A program made the translations under genes and the position numbers. A stretch of 64,000 bases of DNA from an uncultured Oscillibacter sp. (lineage in GTDB: Bacteria; Bacillota; Clostridia; Oscillospirales; Oscillospiraceae): positions 64,907-128,906 of the forward strand of contig CANRYZ010000001.1 of NCBI GenBank assembly GCA_947644365.1. The letters are read 5' to 3'. Position 1 is the first letter of the stretch, and each line of letters opens with the position of its first letter. Of this stretch, positions 58,886 to 64,000 are shown piece after piece. Under the pieces are notes generated by a model. It had not been told where the DNA came from. It worked only from the letters and a program-made list of their open reading frames with translations, and did no database searches.

Positions 58886-59001
58886 TTTAATCACAAGCGT
58901 AGCTGCAGCGCACGACGTGCATTTCCGGGCCTGGTGACTCCGCGGTACATACAGGCCCAAGAGAGAACAAGCAAGAAAGAGAAAACGAGGAGGAAAAATC
59001 T

Positions 59002-60375
59002 ATGTTGGCATTTTTGGGCTTTCTGACCGTGGTGCTGATGCTGGTCCTCATCATGACCAAGAAGGCGTCTCCCCTGGTGGCCCTTATCGCGGTCCCCGTG
59101 GTGACCGGCATTATCGCCTGCGGGTTCTTTGTCACCGACCCTGAAAACGCTCCCGGCGTGATCGACTTCGTGGCGAATTTCAAGAGCATGGGCAAGATGA
59201 TCACCGGCTCCAGCGGCATCGGCTCCGTGGCCGCCACCGGCGTTATGTTCATCTTCTCCATCCTGTTCTTCGGCATTCTGACCGACGCGGGCACCTTCCG
59301 CCCCATCATCAAGAAGGTGCTGGACCTGGTGGGCACCGATCCCGTGAAGATCGCCATCGGCACCGCCATTCTGGCCGCCATCGTCCATCTGGACGGCTCC
59401 GGCGCCGTGACCTTCCTGATCTGCGTACCCGCCCTGCTGCCCCTGTATGACGCCCTGGGCATGAAGCGCACCACCCTGGCCACCATCGTGGCCCTGTCCG
59501 CCGGCACCATGAATATCCTGCCCTGGGGCGGCCCCACCATCCGCGCCGCCACCGCCCTCACCGCCGAGGGCCAGCAGACCGACGCCGTGGCCTTCTTCAT
59601 GCCTGTGCTGCCCGCCGTGCTGGCAGGCCTCGTGTGCGTGCTGGTGATCGCCGTGTTCCTGGGCCGCGCCGAGAAATCCCGCCTGGGCGAGGTCGCCCTG
59701 GCCGGCAAGGCCTATGTGGAGCCCGAGCTCTCCGACGAGGAGAAGGCCCTGCTGCGTCCCAAGCTGTTCTGGGTGAATATCGTCCTCATCATCGCCGCCA
59801 TCGCCGCCCTGCTGAAGTCCGGCTTTGCCCCCGCGGTGATCTTCATGGTGTTCTATGTTCTGGCCACCCTCATCAACTACCCCAAGGTGTCCGACTCCAA
59901 GGCCCGGGTGGACGCCCACGCCAAGAGCTGCCTGATGATGTGCTCCGTGCTGTTCGCCGCCGGCTGCTTCACCGGCATCATGAAGGGCACCGGCATGATT
60001 ACCGCCATGGCCGACGCCCTGGTGTCCATCATCCCCGACACCCTGGGCAAGTTCTTCCCCATTATCGTGGGCGTTCTGGGTATGCCCGCCTCCCTGCTGT
60101 TTGACCCCGACTCCTTCTACTACGGCGTGCTGCCCGTGCTGGCTCATACCGCCGAGGGCTTCGGCGTGGCCGCCCAGTCCGTGGGCCGGGCCGCCATCCT
60201 GGGCCAGATGACCACCGGCTTCCCCGTGTCCCCCCTGACCGCCTCCACCTTCCTGCTGGTGGGCCTGTCCGGCGTGGACTTCGGCGAGCACCAGAAGAAG
60301 ACCATCCCCATGGCCTTCATCGTGACTTTCGTGATGCTGGTGGTGGCGGTGGTCACCGGCGGCGTGACGCTGTAA
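59002..60375 (+). CDS. CitMHS family (citrate/metal-citrate:H+) transporter
   Basis: LDGSGAVTF, NILPWGGPT.R, DSFYYGVLP, SPL motifs; multi-TM. Confidence 0.9.
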   Translation: MLAFLGFLTVVLMLVLIMTKKASPLVALIAVPVVTGIIACGFFVTDPENAPGVIDFVANFKSMGKMITGSSGIGSVAATGVMFIFSILFFGILTDAGTFRPIIKKVLDLVGTDPVKIAIGTAILAAIVHLDGSGAVTFLICVPALLPLYDALGMKRTTLATIVALSAGTMNILPWGGPTIRAATALTAEGQQTDAVAFFMPVLPAVLAGLVCVLVIAVFLGRAEKSRLGEVALAGKAYVEPELSDEEKALLRPKLFWVNIVLIIAAIAALLKSGFAPAVIFMVFYVLATLINYPKVSDSKARVDAHAKSCLMMCSVLFAAGCFTGIMKGTGMITAMADALVSIIPDTLGKFFPIIVGVLGMPASLLFDPDSFYYGVLPVLAHTAEGFGVAAQSVGRAAILGQMTTGFPVSPLTASTFLLVGLSGVDFGEHQKKTIPMAFIVTFVMLVVAVVTGGVTL

Positions 60376-60419
60376 CCTCCATTTACCTCATACAATTCTG
60401 CTGAAAGGAACGAGTGTTT

Positions 60420-61766
60420 ATGAAATCCATCCGCATCGGCTCCGGCGCCGGGTACGCCGGCGACCGCCTGGAGCCCTCTCTGGAGCTCATCGAAAAGGGC
60501 AATCTGGATTACATCAGCTACGAGTGCCTGGCCGAGCGCACCATCGCTATCGGCCAGCAGGCCAAGCTCAAGGACCCCAGCAAGGGCTACAACGGCCTGC
60601 TGGAGTACCGCATGGAGAAGGCCCTGCCCCTGTGCTGGGAGCACAAGGTGAAGCTCATCACCAACATGGGCTCCGCCAACCCCCAGGCGGCGGCGGCCAA
60701 GTGCGTGGAGATCGCCAAGAAGCACGGCCTCACCGGCATGAAGATCGCCTGCGTCACCGGCGACGACCTGCTGCCCGTCATCGACAAGTACATGGATACC
60801 GAGGTCTGGGAGACCGGCGAGCCCCTCAGCAAGCTCCCCGGCGAGATCGTCTCCGCCAACGCCTACATGGGCGTGGAGGGCATTTTGAAGGCCCTGGACC
60901 AGGGCGCCGACGTGGTGATCACCGGCCGCGTGGCGGACCCCGCCATCTTCATGGCCCCCGCCATCCATGAGTTCGGCTGGTCCCTGGAGGACTGGGATAA
61001 GCTGGGCAAGGGCACCATCATGGGCCACCTGCTGGAGTGCGGCGGCCAGGTCACCGGCGGCTACTTCGCCGAGCCCGGCAAGAAGGACGTGCCCGGCGTG
61101 GGCCACCTGGGCTTCCCCATCATTGAGATCGCCGAGGACGGCTCCTTCTTCGTCACCAAGGTCCCCGAGGCCGGCGGCCTGGTGACCGTGGAGACCTGCT
61201 CCGAGCAGATCTGCTACGAGATCCACGACCCGGAAAACTACTTCACCCCCGACGTGGTGGCCGACTGCAAGAACATCACCTTCACCGAGACGGAGAAGGA
61301 CAAGGTCGTGGTCACCGGCGTCACCGGCAAGCCCAAGACCGAGACCTTCAAGTGCTCCATCGGCTACCGGGACTGCTACATCGGCGACGGCGAGATCAGC
61401 TACGGCGGCCCCGGCTGCGTGGAGCGGGCCAAGCTGGCGCTGGAGATCATGAAGGAGCGCCTGGAGCTGGTGGCGCCGGGCCAGTTCGACGAGCTGAAAT
61501 TCGATCTGATCGGCTGCAACAGCCTGTACTGGAATCCGGACCACCCCATGAACAGCGAGCCCTCCGAGGTCCGCGTCCGCGTGGCCGGCCGGGCCAAGAC
61601 GAAGGCCGTCGCCGACCTGGTGCCCAACGAGGTAGAAGCCCTGTACACCAACGGCCCTGCCGGCGGCTGCGGCGCCGTGAAGCGCACCCGGGACATCGTG
61701 TCCGTAGCCTCCATTCTGGTGAGCCGCTACGATGTCAAGCCCGAGGTCCAGGTCTTTGAGGTATAA
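60420..61766 (+). CDS. AtuA/DUF1446 family protein (N-terminal domain type)
   Basis: RIGSGAGYAGDR, ECLAERT, GRVADP, GHLLECG, YEIHDP..Y.TPDV, YTNGPAGG. Confidence 0.9.
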   Translation: MKSIRIGSGAGYAGDRLEPSLELIEKGNLDYISYECLAERTIAIGQQAKLKDPSKGYNGLLEYRMEKALPLCWEHKVKLITNMGSANPQAAAAKCVEIAKKHGLTGMKIACVTGDDLLPVIDKYMDTEVWETGEPLSKLPGEIVSANAYMGVEGILKALDQGADVVITGRVADPAIFMAPAIHEFGWSLEDWDKLGKGTIMGHLLECGGQVTGGYFAEPGKKDVPGVGHLGFPIIEIAEDGSFFVTKVPEAGGLVTVETCSEQICYEIHDPENYFTPDVVADCKNITFTETEKDKVVVTGVTGKPKTETFKCSIGYRDCYIGDGEISYGGPGCVERAKLALEIMKERLELVAPGQFDELKFDLIGCNSLYWNPDHPMNSEPSEVRVRVAGRAKTKAVADLVPNEVEALYTNGPAGGCGAVKRTRDIVSVASILVSRYDVKPEVQVFEV

Positions 61767-61782
61767 GAAAGGAGAATCCGCC

Positions 61783-62082
61783 ATGAAACTCTGGGAAATC
61801 GCTCACTCCCGCACCGGAGACAAGGGGAACATCTCCAACGTCTCCCTGATTGCCTACGACGCCAAGGACTTTGAAATGCTCAAGGAGAAGGTCACCCCCG
61901 AGCGGGTGAAGGAGCACTTTAAGGGCATGGTCCACGGCGACGTGGTCCGCTACGAGCTGCCCAACATCCACGCGCTGAACTTTGTGATGTACGCGGCCCT
62001 GGGCGGCGGCGTCACCCGCTCCCTCTCCGTGGATATGCACGGCAAGGGCCTGTCTTCCTATCTTCTGGACATGGAGATCTGA
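61783..62082 (+). CDS. AtuA C-terminal-like small protein
   Basis: AHSRTGDKGNISN...ALNFV...LGGGVTRSL..D.HGK; AAGGAG RBS. Confidence 0.88.
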   Translation: MKLWEIAHSRTGDKGNISNVSLIAYDAKDFEMLKEKVTPERVKEHFKGMVHGDVVRYELPNIHALNFVMYAALGGGVTRSLSVDMHGKGLSSYLLDMEI

Positions 62083-62100
62083 TTTCGCTACCCTGCGGCA

Positions 62101-62133
62101 GGGGCAGCCCGTCATGACGGACTGCCCCTGTTT
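62101..62133. terminator. Terminator hairpin
   Basis: GGGGCAG.CCGTCA/TGACGG.CTGCCCC followed by TGTTT. Confidence 0.7.
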
Positions 62134-62178
62134 GATTTCTATTCAGCACCCGGGGCGCCGGCGGCCGGCGCAGTCCCC

Positions 62179-63534
62179 TCACAAAAGGCGCAGCTCTCCC
62201 ATGACCCCGTCGGAGAGGTCCTCCAGCACTCCCAGATCCCAGAGCATCTGCAGGATCGTATACCGGGCGCGGACCTCCTTGCAGTACAGGAGCGTGTTTC
62301 GCAGCATGGCCTCGTCCACGCCGATCTCAGCGGGCAGGCAGGGGGCGTCCAGAGTCCTGAGCAGCGCCATAACCGTCTCCGAGGAGGGCAGGCCCTCCAA
62401 AAGCGCCAGAATCTCCGGCCAGCGGGCCTCCATAGCGTCGATGCGCGCCAGGCGGCCGCCCGTCTCATTCTTCCGAGCCCCGGCCTCCATCTCGATAATG
62501 CCGGCCGCGGCGGGGCCATAGGCACCGCGGATATTCTCCTCCCAGGCAGCCGGATCATACGCCCGGGCGGCGGCGCGCGCGGCGTCAAAATCCACCGTGG
62601 TCCGCCGCAGGGCCTCCGTCAGTTTCAGCACCAGAATGGTGCCCACTCCCACCTGCGTGCCATGGGGCCGCGGGCGCCTCTCCTGCTGCTCAAAGATCAT
62701 CTCCCAGTAGTGGGACATATGGTGCTCACAGCCGGAGGCGGGGCGGGAATTTCCGTACAGGCTCATGGCTACGCCGGTGAGCACCAGGCCCTCCATGATG
62801 CGTCCCAGCACCTTCGGGTCCCGTTCCCGAATCCTTCCCGCGTCCCGCAGGGTGCTTTGAACGCAGGCCTCCACCAGCTCCACAATGCGGGCGCAGTAGT
62901 GCTCGCCGTTGATGAGCCTCGCCAGCTTCCAGTCGCACAGGCAGGTGCTTTTCCCCAGCAGGTCCCCCAGCCCGGCGGCAATCATGGGATACGGCGCCTT
63001 TTTCAAAATCTCCGTGTCGCCGATAATGGCCGCTGGCGTCTGCGCCGGGAAAGTGGTCTTGAGGTTATTTACCTGGAGGGCGGCTATAGAGGAGGCAAAG
63101 CCGTCCATAGGCGCGGCGGTGGCTACGGTCATAAAGGGCAGTCCCAGCTTGCAGCTGAAATAGCGGGTCATGTCATTGATGGACCCGGCTCCCACGGCTA
63201 CCGCGATGTCGCAGTCCGCCGGCTTGTTAATGACCAACTCCCCCAGGGTCGCCTCATCAAATTTGGTGTGGGAAATCCGGTGGAGGGAGGCCTCCACGCC
63301 GGCGGCCCGCAGAATCTCCACGCACCGCTCCCCTGCGATCCGGAGCGTGACGTCATCACAGATGAGGTACGGCCGCCGCCTGCCCAATCTCTCCAGGACA
63401 CGGGGGAGCTCATACAGGGCGTCTCTTCCCACATGCACAAATTGCAGGGGCGCGTAGTGCGTGCGTCCGCAGCCGCAGACAAGAGGCGTTGACAGATAGT
63501 CGGCAAGCGGATGCGGAGTTTCATACATATTCAT
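62179..63534 (-). CDS. sn-glycerol-1-phosphate dehydrogenase (AraM/EgsA family)
   Basis: CGCGRTH N-terminus, GAGSIND, TAAPMDGF, GLGDLLGK, SGCEHHMSH, HGTQVG. Confidence 0.88.
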   Translation of the reverse strand: MNMYETPHPLADYLSTPLVCGCGRTHYAPLQFVHVGRDALYELPRVLERLGRRRPYLICDDVTLRIAGERCVEILRAAGVEASLHRISHTKFDEATLGELVINKPADCDIAVAVGAGSINDMTRYFSCKLGLPFMTVATAAPMDGFASSIAALQVNNLKTTFPAQTPAAIIGDTEILKKAPYPMIAAGLGDLLGKSTCLCDWKLARLINGEHYCARIVELVEACVQSTLRDAGRIRERDPKVLGRIMEGLVLTGVAMSLYGNSRPASGCEHHMSHYWEMIFEQQERRPRPHGTQVGVGTILVLKLTEALRRTTVDFDAARAAARAYDPAAWEENIRGAYGPAAAGIIEMEAGARKNETGGRLARIDAMEARWPEILALLEGLPSSETVMALLRTLDAPCLPAEIGVDEAMLRNTLLYCKEVRARYTILQMLWDLGVLEDLSDGVMGELRLL

Positions 63535-63893
63535 TGAAAACTGACCTCGATTCCAGCTGATATGTGCTCATATGGACCTGATATGCGGGGGCGCTCAACC
63601 TTGCACATTCCGCGCGAAAATATGCCAGAATCTGTGGATACCGCATCCATCTCTGGCAGTTTTTCATAGAACGCATTCTATTTTTCTGTATGTATTGACA
63701 AAAAACGTTCCATCAACTATAATTGAAGACATGCAAAATGTCTAATTTCAACGGATACATAGTAACAAACCCTCCCTGAAAAGTCAATGTTTGGACAGCG
63801 TCCATTCTGCGCCAGGGACCCGGATCAGACATGATCCAAGCGCGCCGCGCGGCTGCCCCGCGGTAAAAGACATGGGAAAGGAGTCACAGTGCA

Positions 63894-64000
63894 GTGAGCA
63901 ACAACATTTCCATCAAACACGCCCTGAAAAAGTACGGCGAAAATGTCATCATCCCGGATCTGAGCCTGGAGATCAAGGAGGGCGAGTTCTTTACGCTGCT
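63894..64000 (+). CDS. ABC transporter ATP-binding protein, 5' fragment (FbpC/PotA/MalK-like)
   Basis: GTG start, MSNNISIKHALKKYGENVIIPDLSLEIKEGEFFTLL running off the window just before the expected Walker A; TTGACA...TATAAT promoter near 63695-63723. Confidence 0.8.
   Translation, partial: MSNNISIKHALKKYGENVIIPDLSLEIKEGEFFTL

Overview
High-GC chromosomal core region, probably from a spore-forming anaerobic Clostridia-class bacterium (Oscillospiraceae-like is an inference from gene content and style). In order it holds: the end of a molybdenum cofactor/modABC operon, a class A PBP, a 6S RNA, a PrsA-like foldase, tcdA, rarA, nth, a putative sigma-K three-gene operon, a T-box trpS-tagO-wecB operon, gltX, asnA, fprA, a complete Na+-type V/A-ATPase operon, csoR-copA, tandem mgtC-family genes, glycine riboswitch-agcS, THF riboswitch-folT-folC, a LexA-boxed radical SAM/TIGR03915 repair operon, spoIIAA-AB-sigF, T-box ycxB-valS, XRE-comEC-holA-rnmV, a sigma-54 activator with a CitMHS transporter/split-AtuA operon, and a glycerol-1-phosphate dehydrogenase. 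I saw no rRNA, tRNA, CRISPR array, transposase or prophage. Several intergenic MITE/REP-like elements are present. The best candidates for undescribed biology are (1) a 34-aa single-TM ORF, absent from the ORF track, that leads the SOS-boxed radical SAM operon, (2) the self-contained sigma-54 CitMHS plus split AtuA module, (3) an in-frame internal start that could release a CopZ-like chaperone from copA, and (4) a THF riboswitch with a hairpin inserted in a conserved junction. All family assignments come from motif recognition by eye; no database searches were run.
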